Part shown: positions 36,889 through 48,467 of the stretch, piece after piece | Numbering within the stretch: position 1 is the first letter of the stretch | Layout: every line of letters begins with the position of its first letter | NCBI GenBank assembly: GCA_013239625.1 | Contig: MU054323.1 | Span: 20,543,082-20,607,081, forward strand | DNA: 64,000 nt | DNA from: Lama guanicoe | Lineage: Eukaryota | Direction: 5' to 3' | Notes under the pieces: model-generated | Told to the model about the DNA's origin: nothing | The model's database searches: none | What the model saw: the letters and a program-made list of their open reading frames with translations, nothing else | Translations under genes and position numbers: made by a program

Positions 36889-37240
36889 TGGAGGAAAATA
36901 TCCCAACTCAGGACATCTGTCATCAAAGAATGATTTGTCACAGACATGGGTTCCCTTCAATCAAGCATTTCTGCTGAACTCTTCGTATCAGTTGAATATG
37001 ACAATGCCAAACATTTATTTTGATAAAAATGCCGTTTTGTAATAAGACAGCAATACATGTCATATACTTCTGGAAAAAATAAATATAAAAAATTAAAATA
37101 ATTATTAATAGAGAAAAATTGTCAGTAGTATGATTTCTATGAGTGATTTTTATTTTTGTTTGGATCTCAGGTGCAGAATTTGAGATAATTATTCTCAATG
37201 GCACTCCCATGACTGTTCTTTCCACGCAAGGCCCTCTCTT
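36889..37240 (+). mobile_element. hAT transposase C-terminal (dimerisation-domain) fossil
   Basis: One frame reads RKISQLRTSVIKE*FVTDMGSLQSSISAELFVSVEYDNAKHLF**KCR, similar to hAT-C K.IK.YLR.TM.QERL..L...SIE.EL....DYD.II..FA.KK.R. Confidence 0.45.
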
Positions 37241-37349
37241 GTTTTATTTATTTATTCCTCTGATCCTTGTTCACCTGGGCACCCCAGATCTCCTGGAGTC
37301 TTCTGGGGCGGGGCCCAGGAATCTGCATGCGGAACAGCTCCAGCTTTGG

Positions 37350-38200
37350 CAAGAGCATTAGCGACCTACGTCCCCAGGGGCGACACCCATACACTCGTCC
37401 CCCGCCCGACGTGCCCACGGCACACGATCCCACCCGGCACTTGGCGCCTCCCGTTCTCCCCAGGCTCCCCAGCCCTCTACCCAGTCGCCCCTGGTAACCA
37501 AGAAAGGTCTGGAAAACCCTCAAAGTGCAGCCGCCCGGGAAGGGGCCAGTCCATAGTGTCAGCGAGACAAGGGCAAATACAAAATGCGGGGTAATTGGGC
37601 GCTTTTCGAATTCGCGGCCCTTTGTGCGGCGGCGCGGAGCCGGCGGCCGCGCTCCCCAGCCCGGGCCTTTCCGCCGCCGGGGGCCCGCGCCGCCGCGCTC
37701 CCCGCGCTCCGCAGCGCATAATTAATCGGGCTTCACAGGGCCCCGGACAAAGGCGCCCATTCACCCCGCCGCTCCTCCCCCCGGGGATATTGTTATTTCT
37801 AAAAACTGCAGCCAGCTGGGCCGCAGAGAAACGTCAGCTCTGTGGGAGAATGAGCGGCCAGGCCGCCGAGGAGAGAGGGAGCTCTGTGTCCGCGCTCCGA
37901 GCGGGATTAGAGGGCCGGGCAGCCCGGGGTGGGCAGGGGGCCCGGGGTCTTTTCTGAAGTCTGCACAACTCCTCAGAAAGCCTCGTGATTTCCATGGGGC
38001 CCTGGAGGCGAGTGCCATGGAGATGGTAATAGGGGCATTGAGGCCGCCCCTTAAGGGTGCATTCAGGCCGCAGGGACCGTGGCTCAGCTCCCCGGTGGGA
38101 GGGGCCGGGCGGGTGGGTGGGAAGGCCAGGGTGTCCCCACCTGTAACCGGCCCTGCCGGACACCCGGGAAAATAGGTCAAGGAATAAAGGCCTGAATCGA
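37350..38200. promoter_or_regulatory. CpG-rich island without an associated gene; candidate enhancer/promoter
   Basis: Very dense CpGs at 37590-37930; TAATTG 37592; CTTTGT 37620; TAATTAAT 37719; ACAAAG-N5-CATTCA 37747-37763; ATTGTT 37788; GGATTA ~37904. Confidence 0.65.
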
Positions 38201-38244
38201 TCCCAGGGCCTGCAGTTGAGTCAAGGGCTGAGGATGTGAAGACG

Positions 38245-38410
38245 CCATAATCACCTGGCTCCAAGGACCGCCTGGTGAACTTGTTCAAAACAGAACCTCT
38301 ACAGGCCTGGGCCTCACCCCAGAGAATCAGGCTCCCCAAGTCTGGGCTTGGACCCAGGCATCTGTATTTTCATAAGCTCGCCAAGCACCTCTGAAGTCCA
38401 CTGATCACAC
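38245..38410. mobile_element. MER5-like MITE
   Basis: CCTGGTGAACTTGTTCAAAACAGA...CCTGGGCCTCACCCCAGAGA...CCCAGGCATCTGTATTTT. Confidence 0.65.
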
Positions 38411-38454
38411 TGGGATTACCTCTCAGTACTCACTGCCCCAGGGAGACGGCTCAA

Positions 38455-38545
38455 GAGCCCCCCTTCCCATTTCACAGAGAAAGAAACAGACCCAAGGAGG
38501 TAAACCCACCCGCTCAAGGTGACAGAATAGAGCTGGAATGGGCCC
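38455..38545 (-). mobile_element. MIR SINE core
   Basis: CCCATTTCACAGAGAAAGAAACAGACCCAAGGAGG...CTCAAGGTGACAG. Confidence 0.6.
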
Positions 38546-39720
38546 TGGGTGGTTGTGTGCAAGAGCAGAACAGGGGGAGAGGCTGCCAAAAAGGAAGCTT
38601 CATCTCCTCCCCAGGGCATTTCTTGACTGCTCAGACCTGCCTTGAGCTCTCCCTTCCATGGCTTTTCTTTGCAGGAGATGGAGTTGCCCAGTTAAATGCC
38701 TCCAGCGTGTTCTGTCTCCTGGGTTCACTGGGGTTTCTCCTACCTGCTTCAACAGAGGCACCCTTGACTGTAGCCTGGAGATCACTTTGGTTTTGTGTCT
38801 AGGTCAGTGCTGGGAGAGCTCCAGCTAAGGCTCACAGGATGTGAACAGCATCTCCTGCCTCCAGGGTCCAGTCCTCTAGGTTGTGTTCTGCTTCAAAGTT
38901 CAGGGCCCTCCCCAGGCCCAGGAGAGGGCATCGTCCCGGATCAGCAGTCCTGAGCTTCACCTTTGCCACTGAACCAAAGGAAACGGGTGCCCATTCATTC
39001 CTCCTCTCAAAGCTGGGAGCAGTCATGAACAGCCACCATGGATTTCCAAAACCTCAGCATCCTGAACACCTCCCAGAACAAGCAGGGGCCTTTCCAAAAT
39101 CCTGCCCATCCCAGCCCATCTCATGGAGACGTTCTGTCCCTCAGCTGTTCCCTGGAAAATGTTCCCTCAGCCTAAGACTGCCAGTCCTGACTGAGTAGGA
39201 CCACAGGCCTCGGAGCCAGACCATGCCAGAGAGCCTCGCTCCTCCCGAGAGTCAGGGAAAGGAAGCCTCCTGTATTTACAGAGGAGCCCGGGCTGGCCTC
39301 CAAGGCCTAGAAAGGACATCCAAGCAAGCTTGCTCTGCTTCCACCACACCATGCTAGACCCTGTAGAGGCAACATCATGCGACATTCATATCTGTGGGTG
39401 GGAGAATGTGCAGAAAACTCAAGAACAAAGTGCAGAGAAAGAGAGCAGAGAGTTCAGCCAAGGCCTGGCCAGGCCTCTAAAAGGACGGATCAGCTGTCCA
39501 ACAGAAAGCCAACTCAGGCATAGCCACTGAAGCCAGCAGAGTTTCTCATGGGGACCCTGTGACCTAGCAGCCCCCAACAGCCAGGCCACCAGCATGGCAT
39601 CAAGCAGAAAAACAAGCTAGCTCTCTCCCACTAAATAAGCTTTATCTAGGGAATAGAGTGACCCAATACTGTCTGAAAGTGAGAGGAAGAGGTGAAACTA
39701 TAAGAAAACCAAACTACAGC

Positions 39721-39843
39721 GGGGAGGGAAATAGCTCAGTGGTAGAGCCCATGCACGGGGTCCTGGGTTCAAGCCCCAGTACTTCCATTAGATAAACAAA
39801 CAAACAAACAAATAAGCAAGCAATGTTTTTTTAAAAGAAGAAG
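39721..39843 (+). mobile_element. tRNA-derived SINE (camelid Vic-1-like)
   Basis: GGGGAGGGAAATAGCTCAGTGGTAGAGC...GGTCCTGGGTTCAAGCCCCAGTACTTCCATTA followed by an (AAAC)n tail. Confidence 0.9.
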
Positions 39844-39859
39844 AAGAAATCCAGACCGC

Positions 39860-40045
39860 ATAATACAATATCTTTGAAATACACACTGAAGAGTTTTGAG
39901 GTAAAAAGAGCAAAATGTCTCTAACTTGTTCTCCAACAATTCCATAAAATGTAAATAATTGGTGAATCTTAGGAAAGGGCTTACAGAAATTACCTGTAAT
40001 AGTCTTATAATTTTTCTGAAGCTTGAGTTTTTTTAAAAAAGCAAA
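39860..40045 (+). mobile_element. Old L1M 3' end
   Basis: ATACACACTGAAG...AATTGGTGAATCTTAGGAAAGGG...ATAATTTTTCTGAAGCTTGAG. Confidence 0.7.
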
Positions 40046-43000
40046 TAGTGGGCAACGCACACACACATCCCACACACAAAAGAATGCAGAATCAATATTC
40101 CAAATCCTATACCAGGGATGAGACTCAACTTTCCTGTTGTCTGCAACCCACCCCCCCACATCTTTCACCATCTCCTATCACAGCAATTTGTGAACCCAAG
40201 CTGGTCTGAAGGTCCTTAAGTATAGGACCCTTGTTGTTTATCTCTATAATCTTATTGCAGCTAGCTTTGTGCTTTGTAAACAGTAGGCATTCAACCAAAC
40301 CTGGCATCCAATCACTGGCCATGGAAGGTGTCTAGCTCTAAGTGAGACAGAGGAAGGAGGTGGAGGAAGGGGCAATGGGAAGAAGGAACCAAGAAAGATG
40401 GTAGAATCTACATAGATCTTCCAGTCCAATACATTCATGGCAAGACTGATGGTTTTTTTCCCAAGGTTAATAGGCCCACCAAATCAGATCCTTTCAAGAA
40501 GCTTGGAAAGTAACTCAGGTCCGGTGGGGCTGCCCCATCGGGTCCACCCTGAGCCCTTACAGATCCACATAGCCTGAACCTGGTCATGTTCATTTCAACA
40601 CGTGGTTAACAGATTGGATAATGTTTTTATTTAAACTGCGCCTTGTTCTCTGCTTCATCTTGGCTTCCCAATGAGACCACAGGGGTGAGGGCCTTGCCTC
40701 CTCCCGCCAGCAGCATGGCCACCCTCATGGTTATAGTGGAGACAGGCCCATAGTGAGCCCTCAAGTGCCTCTACCAGGGACTATGTCTGGTTTGCTCTCT
40801 TCTACATCCCCTTAGCACTTAGCACAGCGGTTGGCACATGGGTGGTTGTCAGTAAAGACTCATTGAATAACAGAGGGGTGGAGTTGAACTAAGTTGAGTC
40901 GAGTGGCCTTCTTTGCCAGGCTCTTTGAGAGGTGTACTTCTGACCTCAGATGTCCCGCCACAGGCAGACCCAGTGCAGGCCTCCCCTCTCTCATCCTCAG
41001 GGTGGGTCCCTCTGGCTGCTGATGCTGCCATGTCCCTGAGATAGATGGTGGCACGGTCTCTGTGGTCACAGTGTGTCAGGACAGATGGGCTCTGCCTCTT
41101 AGAGTCTCTTCTTTTTGTCCCCTGGGGTGGGGCCGCTTTGGGAAGAGAAGCTTCGCTCAGCACGTTTCCAGTGGGGACAGGATCTTCTGTGAGAGAGCTC
41201 CGGGTTGAAGTCCTGGCCTCTCCACATCCACCCTCTCACTCCGCCCCCACATACACAGGCACGGACAAGACAAGTCTCTGCTGGTGGGCAGCAGAGTGCA
41301 GGCCCCTGCAGGTGCCAGAAACTATGGGAGGGCCGTGGGCTTGGCAGGGACGGGGGGAGTGTGACCACATGGCCATCAGGAGCTCCACTGTTCTCCCGGG
41401 TCACTGGGGCCAGGGCACCTGTTATAGGGCTGTGGGACTGCCGCTCTCATTTGGCAGCAAGAACTGGAAAGTGAGGCGTGGGGCCCTCGGGAAGCTTCCC
41501 AGCCTCCGGAACCTTGTGCTGTACTCTTCCTGCTGCTACCTTGGAGGCCCAGGGAGGAGTTGGATGCCTTTCCAGCCTTAAAGGATGGGACATTTCAGGC
41601 TACCCAGAGAAATCTCTGCACACCTTGGGGGTGGAGAAGTTCCTCCTTTAACATCCCCCTCCTGTGGGCTGCACCCTCTTGACAAGCTTCTCTCTCTCTC
41701 AGCACCTCTCACCACCTCCCTGTGCCCCTTAGAGGAAACTACTGGCTTGCCCTTTGGGACACAACTGGGCATGCTCCCCACACCCTCCATGCTTGCTTCC
41801 AATCCAAGAAAAAGCCAGGCTTTCTGGCTGGGGACTCCTGCCCTCCCCCATCTCCCTTTCTTTTCTTTTCCCCTCCCCTGCACTTTCCCCCAGCCCCACC
41901 ACCCAACCTCAAGAGCTTCCAAAGTGACAACCCGTGGGCCCAAATCAAACCCTTGTCCTCAGGCCCCTGCTGGCATCTCTCCCAGGTCGCCCACCTTCCT
42001 CCTCCGGTTCCGCAACCCGGCCACCCTCCTCACCCCTGCCCCCGCCATTCCTCTTTGCGGACGACTTTCTAAATGCAGCCAAACTTCCCCTTTCAATCCA
42101 CAGGCCCCGTCAAGCAGCTGCAAAAAGTCAGCAGCTCTGCAAGTTCTCTTGCGAAGTTTGGCCGAGAGCAAAGCCCGCTGGTTCCAGCCATTGCTCCCCC
42201 ACCCCCCGGCTCTGGAGGCCAGTCTCCTCCTCCAGGAAACAGAGAAGAGACCCTCTCCAGGACTGCTCCCAGAGACAGTCTCCCCAGCAATCTAACCTAG
42301 AGAAAACTCCCCAAGAGGAGCCGGGCTGAGTGTAGTCAGGGGAAGGACACCCCCCAAAAGGCCGGGTTGGTTTCCCCACCCTGCCCAAGCCCTCTGGGAC
42401 CCTGGCACTCCACTTACTCCCCCCAGGTCTGTAGAACAAAGGGATGGATCAGTTGATTTTCCAGGCTTCTTCTAAGTCTAAAATTCCATGAATTGGTCAT
42501 TTCTCCTTAGGATGCTCCTGCCCAGGGACGGGAGACAGAAGAGGCTGTGCCCAGGGACACATGTCTCTCTGAGGGTGGCCTGACTCGGGCCCAGGCCTCC
42601 TAAACTGCATTCCGTGCTCTCTCTGTGACACTTTGCCCTCAGTAAAAGAGAGGTTCACTCCCCATGCCTGATCAGAATCACCTGGGGAGACGGCACCGTA
42701 TCCATCCCAGCCTACACTCCAGACCAACAAAGCCAGAGTCTCAGCTCCGGGCTGGTCATCAGCCTATTTGGGAAGTTACCCAGGTGATTCTGTATGACCA
42801 TACAGGGTTTAGAACCATTGTGGAAAAGGCTTCTAGAAACTGATGATGAAGCCCTAAGCCAGAGATGCCACATTTGGGTGCCACCTTCTCTTGAGGCCAG
42901 TGGGACTGGCTCAGTGATAAGCTAGGCCTGTTACGGATGGGTAGGGAGGGGCTGTGGCCTGCACTGGGACTGCCATCAGGTACTGAGGCTCGCCACCGCC

Positions 43001-45009
43001 CACCCCCACCCGCACCCCTGAAGGATGCTGGGTGCAGGGCCAGCCTCTGGGTGCTGGCTTGTTGGCCTGCCCTCTCCCTACCAGGCCCTCCAGGCCTCCC
43101 TGTGCCCCTCCAGGGCAGATGGCTGCAGGACTGTGGCCCAGGAACTGGAAACCAACCTCACAAGAGGCAGGCGGCCCCATGGCAGCCCAGCACTCTGAGG
43201 GCTTTGTGTGGACTGAGGAAAGGAAAATAGAGAAGGGAAACTGAAGCAGGGCCAAAAGCAGTGAAGGAGAAAAAGACAAGAGGAAGGGGAAGAACACTGA
43301 GGTCAGAGAGTCATGTGAATGGCATTTAGGGAACAAAGCCCCTCCGCTGTACCCGCTGCTCGCCCTTCATCAATCATCTCCAGGCCGGGTAAGAAGCACT
43401 CTTCTGCCGGGCCCCAGGGCATGGAGAGCAAGGTGGCCCATGTAGAAAGTCCAGAGCCAGAAATTTGCCAGTTCTGAGTCTGTGAGCCCCATCCATGCTT
43501 CCCTCTAGGCAGAGCTAGCAAAGAGCCTTCTTCACACTCTCTCAGACCCCCACCTCTTCTACTCACTGGAGCTGGGATCTCTTATCAGACATTGGCCATC
43601 AAACTTGGTCATTTCTAGGCCAAAGTGAAGGCCAAATCCAACTCCCAAGATACTTGGCATCATGTCAAGGAGATCTAGGTGAGGCTGTTGACTAGCTATG
43701 TGACCTTGAGCAAGCCACCCCCCTCACCTCCCTGGGTGGTGGGATGGGAGTAAGGGGGAGCTGTAGAGGGGCAAAGAGAGAAAAAGGAAAAGGTGAGTGG
43801 GAGTGCCTGGGCTGGGGAGTGAAGAGGAAGAGAAAAAAGACACTGCAAGCTTCAGAGTTTCACAACATCACAAAAATACCCAGAAAACCAGGGGGTGGGG
43901 GGCCACAGGGAGAAGTTCAAGTTGAGCAATGGCTGCGGTTCTCTCTTCTCAAATTCATGGAAAATCTTCTTTTCATCCCCTCTGGTTCAGGGAAGCTAGA
44001 CCCTTCACCACCTCCACAGTGGCCTAGAAAGGAACGTGTCCCACAGCCACCATCTTGCACCATCTTTTCCCCTCGCCTCCTCCTCCTCCTCCACTCTGGC
44101 CAATTCTCCATCCCTTGTTTTCCAGGATGGAAATTCCCACTCCGATTCCACTAAAGCAATTGACAAGATACATACACATTCATCATCATCATCATCATAT
44201 CTGTTAAAAATCAGCATCTGGGAAGAAATCATCTCCCTTACATAATCCTCTAGGAATCTTAAAGCTGAGCCCCAAATTTTGCTCTGAGCTTCCTGGTAGC
44301 CCAAGTGAAATGAGACTTGGGATCAATTTCATGAGTCACATTGCCCATAATCAGAAGCCTTCCAGTTCTTCTGAGGATGCAGAGCTTCCCCGGGAACTAG
44401 AGCCTGAAACATACTCGGATCACAGGTCTCATAGCCCGCGCTGGCTGAGGCAGTGACTGCTAGCGACAGCAGCATCCCAAAATAAATGCAACAGCAGGAC
44501 TCCTCCGGCACTTTTCCAGAAAGCCCCACTATAAGGCAAGGACATAATAAAGATTTTGTGATGGCTGAATAACACGGCCCAAGAGCCTCTCGGCTTCATG
44601 AGAGCCCGACTCGGTTCAGGGATAAGTCTCATCTGGAAGAATGGATGGAATGCATGGCCTTTAAATAACCCCCATGAACTTTATTTCTCTCAACTGAGCT
44701 TTTGATAAAACTGGGGCAGCGGGAGGCAGTTGGAGGTTGTAACCGCTGACAAGGGTCTGGCAGGCAGCGCTCTGGCGCTGGGTGAGGGTGGGGCCATGGG
44801 TCCCTGGCACCTGCAGAGGCATCATTCCCGGGTTCAGCTGTTCTCAGTCTCCCCCAAAGGCCCGAAACATGCTGAGCGTTCTCATTTCGCCCTGGCTTGA
44901 AGTGGAACTAGCCCGACAGGCTGGCGGAAGTAGGAGCAGGGCTCAGAGCCTCAGGGACACTAGCCTGCACTGAGAGCCCCACCTCAACTCTCTGGAGTTG
45001 TTATTAGGG

Positions 45010-45280
45010 GTAATAATAACTCGCATTCACTGTGGGTCTAGGCATTTTGTCTCTACCTCAATTCATTCTTCACAACCAAGCTCTTAGGTTGATACTAGGC
45101 TTGTCCTCATTTTACAGATGAATAAACTGAGGCTCAGAGGGCTTTGCTGATGTAACAGTTAGTAAGAATAAAAGCTACTAACTGTTAGTAGCTTGTTAGT
45201 AACTGTTAGTAAGAGTAGAAGCTACGATGCCCACTCAAATCTGTCCGATTCCCGAGTTCACACGCTTGTAACCACTATTG
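45010..45280 (-). mobile_element. MIR SINE with an internal micro-rearrangement
   Basis: CCTCATTTTACAGATGAATAAACTGAGGCTCAGAG...CACGCTTGTAACCACTA. Confidence 0.85.
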
Positions 45281-46739
45281 CATGATATCCTGCCACATCG
45301 AATGAGAGATGAAACCTGCGGGAAAAGTGAAAAGACAGTTAATTTGTGGCCTGACAGCACAGGAAACACATGACTCTCAGAATGTGAATCAGGAGAACTC
45401 TGGAAGCCTGCAGCAACGTTTTGAATTGAGGGCCTTGGGGCTCAGAGAAGCCCTCTCGCACAACCAGAGCCTGCTGGGCTGGACACAGCAGTTGTAGCTA
45501 AGTGTCTGTCATAGTCGGAGCCGGGGGGCGGGCGGCAAGGGGTGTTGCAGGGAAGGTGCTGCAGGACAGGATGTAAAGGGAATCCTGGGACCAAGGTCAA
45601 GAGGCCCCTCAGAGGCTGCTGGGGATCCCTCTGCCCAGCAACGAGGGAGCCTTGCAAGCCCGCCACTCTGCACTGGAGCACAGGGCCAGTCTGGTTTGGG
45701 CTGGGAGTCCCTGCTGGGCACAGCCATAGGCACATCCTGTCACTTCCTGCAACTGGCAGGTGGGCACATCTGGGACAAAACAGAGCCTGTGAAGTTGTCT
45801 TTCCAGCAGGTGTCCCTGTGACTCCCTGATGACTCCAAGCGCCATCTCCTTTGATTGCAGACACTGACCTCCTTTAGAAGGTCTCTTTAGAATGGGGGTG
45901 GGAGTGTCTAGACCACAGAAAAGCTTTCCAGATTAGTGAGCAATATGCTGACAGGCAGGGCCTGTGCTCAGCCCCAGGAAACTGATGACTCAGGAGGACG
46001 TGCCTTCTCTCCACGGACGTGTTTACCAGGCAGTGGCCCTGGGCCCTCCCTGTGCCAGGTGTGAGGGTCAGGAGAGGAGTCAGGCCCAGTTCTTGCCTTC
46101 ATGGGGTATACTGTCTAGAAGACAGCACGGAAGTGGACACACCTCAGTGTGTCTTCATTAGTCCCTTCTAGAAAACTAAGAAAGGAAGGAAGTGAGGAAA
46201 GGAGAGATATACCTACAAATTGATCCAGAATCTAAGTACTTCTCCCCTCACCCCCACACTGCTACCACCATTGTCTCTGGCCTGGATTATTGCAGTGGAG
46301 TCCTGAATAAGGCAGGCCTGCTCCTACCACAGGGCCTTTGCACTTGCTCTTCCCTTTGCCCTTCCACAAGTGTCCTCATGAATCGGCACCTTCACGTCTT
46401 TGTTTACATGTCCCTTCTCAAAGAGGCTTTCCCTGCATTGAAGCCACCCAATTAAAGGTCACAGCAATGCCCCTTTCTCCACAGGTCACAATGCTTTAGT
46501 AGGTGCAATACATGGGGGCAATGCTCACTAACTTCTGACAGCCTGTTTTCTTAAGGAACTTGGGATAGATTTCCCATTGGCCTTGGCCCATGAGGGTGTA
46601 CCCAGAAGTGGCCCTCCCTGCCAGCCATCAGCTAGTGTACTGGGATCAAGCCCAGCTCCTCCAACCTGTTGACCTCAGGGCTGGACCTCTCCTGTCCTGG
46701 GAAATTTCCAGCAGATCCTGGGGACCCTTCCCCCTACTC

Positions 46740-47135
46740 TCTTAACCAAGTTGAAGCTCTGACCTGTTGTAGCAGGAAGGGGTAGCTGGTCACCAAACTC
46801 ATTTTCTCCTCTTCCTGGGAACCCATCTGGACTCCAGCTCCAGCTCCTTTGCTATCAAGGGTGGCCGGTGGAGTATGAGCAGAAGCAATCTGTCTCCCTT
46901 CTGGACTGAAGATGTTAAGAAGCTGATGTGCCCCATCCAATTCTCTTTCCTTTTCTGCCATGACCTCATGATCTACGAGATGGCAGATCCACAAGATGAA
47001 AGGAGCGTGGGTGCCTGAGCCTCCGCTCAGAGGAAGGCTGCCTGCCGATCAGAGGACCCATCTTGGACTTCATGGAGTGAAAAACTGAACTTTGTGAGGA
47101 CCTTACATTTTGGAAGTTGGCTATTTGGTATTTAC
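46740..47135 (+). mobile_element. MaLR MLT1 LTR
   Basis: GAGATGGCAGATCCACAAGATGAAAGGAGCGTGGGTGCCTGAG...TGGACTTCATGGAGTGAAAAA. Confidence 0.7.
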
Positions 47136-47639
47136 CTTTCTTCCCATCTAAGGACTCCAGACCTGCCCTCACATCAACACAACTCTGTCCCCTTCCCCAG
47201 TGGCATTTCCCACCTGAATTTGGTCCCCTGTTCCCCACCCCACATCAGGCCTGCGATGATGACTGATCAGCTGATGAGTGAAACCATTGCAGCTCTTGGG
47301 ATCTGCAAGCTGATGTTAAAGGCAGCCTGGCAGAGAAGGCAGGCTCTTCCCACTACCTCTCAAGAAGCTTGGTTCCAACTATGTGGGACTTCGGGTGAGA
47401 CTCCAACCTTCTAGAGACTCAGTATCCTCATCCTTAAAATGGGAACAGTAGCATCTGCCCGTGCCACCTCAGAGGGAAAGGCGGGGGCCTCAAGATGCAG
47501 GAGCAGCTGCTCTGAACCGGAGTCTGTAAGCGTCATCTCACTTAATAGCACTTAGACAGGGAACCAGGGCATCCAGAGCTTTAAACGTGCCTGCCAGGTT
47601 CACCTAGTGAGTAAGTGGCTGCCCCACTGCTGACTTGGT

Positions 47640-48412
47640 CCACCCCATCTTCTCTCCTTCACCAAATGGCATCACCCAGGTGCTCAGCTCAGAGACCTCG
47701 GGTCATCCCTGACCCCTCCCTCATCCTCATCTCCCACACATACTTCATCACCAAAGCTTAGCTCTTTCACCTTAATAAACAGCTCTCTAGTCCACCTCTC
47801 CAATCCCTTCCCTCCACTTCTGCTGCCACCACTCTGATCCAACCCTCCTGCGCATCTCTCCTGGGCTCTTGCAATAGCCTCCCCGCCAGTCTCCACACAG
47901 CTCTTCCTCCACATGGCAGCTGTGGACCAATCAACGCCTATCTGGCCTCACCAACTCCCAGGTTAGGACAGCTCAGTGAGAGATCCAGCCTCTTTCGCCT
48001 GCCCCTCCTCTCTCCATTCCAGGAAGTCAGGGCGGCCTTCTTCCCTTCCCCGGAATGCCCTCCAGCTCCCTCCTTGGCGAGAGCACCCTTTGCACATGCT
48101 GTTCCTTCTGCGTGGAACACCGTCCTTCCCTCTTCCACCTGGTTTACTCTAATCACTCTTCACATCTCAGGTCTGATGTCGCTTCTCCAAGAACTCTTCC
48201 CTGACCTTTTTGACTAGAGGACATCCCCCTATAACATTAACCATTGTTATTATTTTATGTCTCTTTGAGGAATTTTGATGAAGGTCATCTCCCTCATATG
48301 ACTTTAAGCTCCACGAGGCCAGGAATTTTGACCATGTTGCTTGTCATTGAAAACCAGTGTCTGACAGTGCCTGACACATAGTAGAACTTAAAAGTGATTG
48401 AATCAGCGAATG
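47640..48412 (+). mobile_element. L2 LINE 3' region
   Basis: AATGGCATCACCCAG...CCTTTGCACATGCTGTTCCTTCTGCGTGGAA...TAAGCTCCACGAGGCCAGG...CAGTGCCTGACACATAGTAG. Confidence 0.85.
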
Positions 48413-48467
48413 CTAGAATTGAAATCCAAGTCTGCATGGCCCTTCATCATCAGCTGTTACGGGGCAT

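Noticed and set aside
41585..42295. 236-aa plus-strand ORF
   Set aside because: It is a Pro/Leu/Ser-rich product of C/T-rich DNA, several frames are open at once, and I recognise no homology
44325..44720. AP-1 site TGAGTCA and AT-rich words in unique sequence
   Set aside because: An isolated 7-mer is expected by chance in 64 kb and there is no other supporting structure
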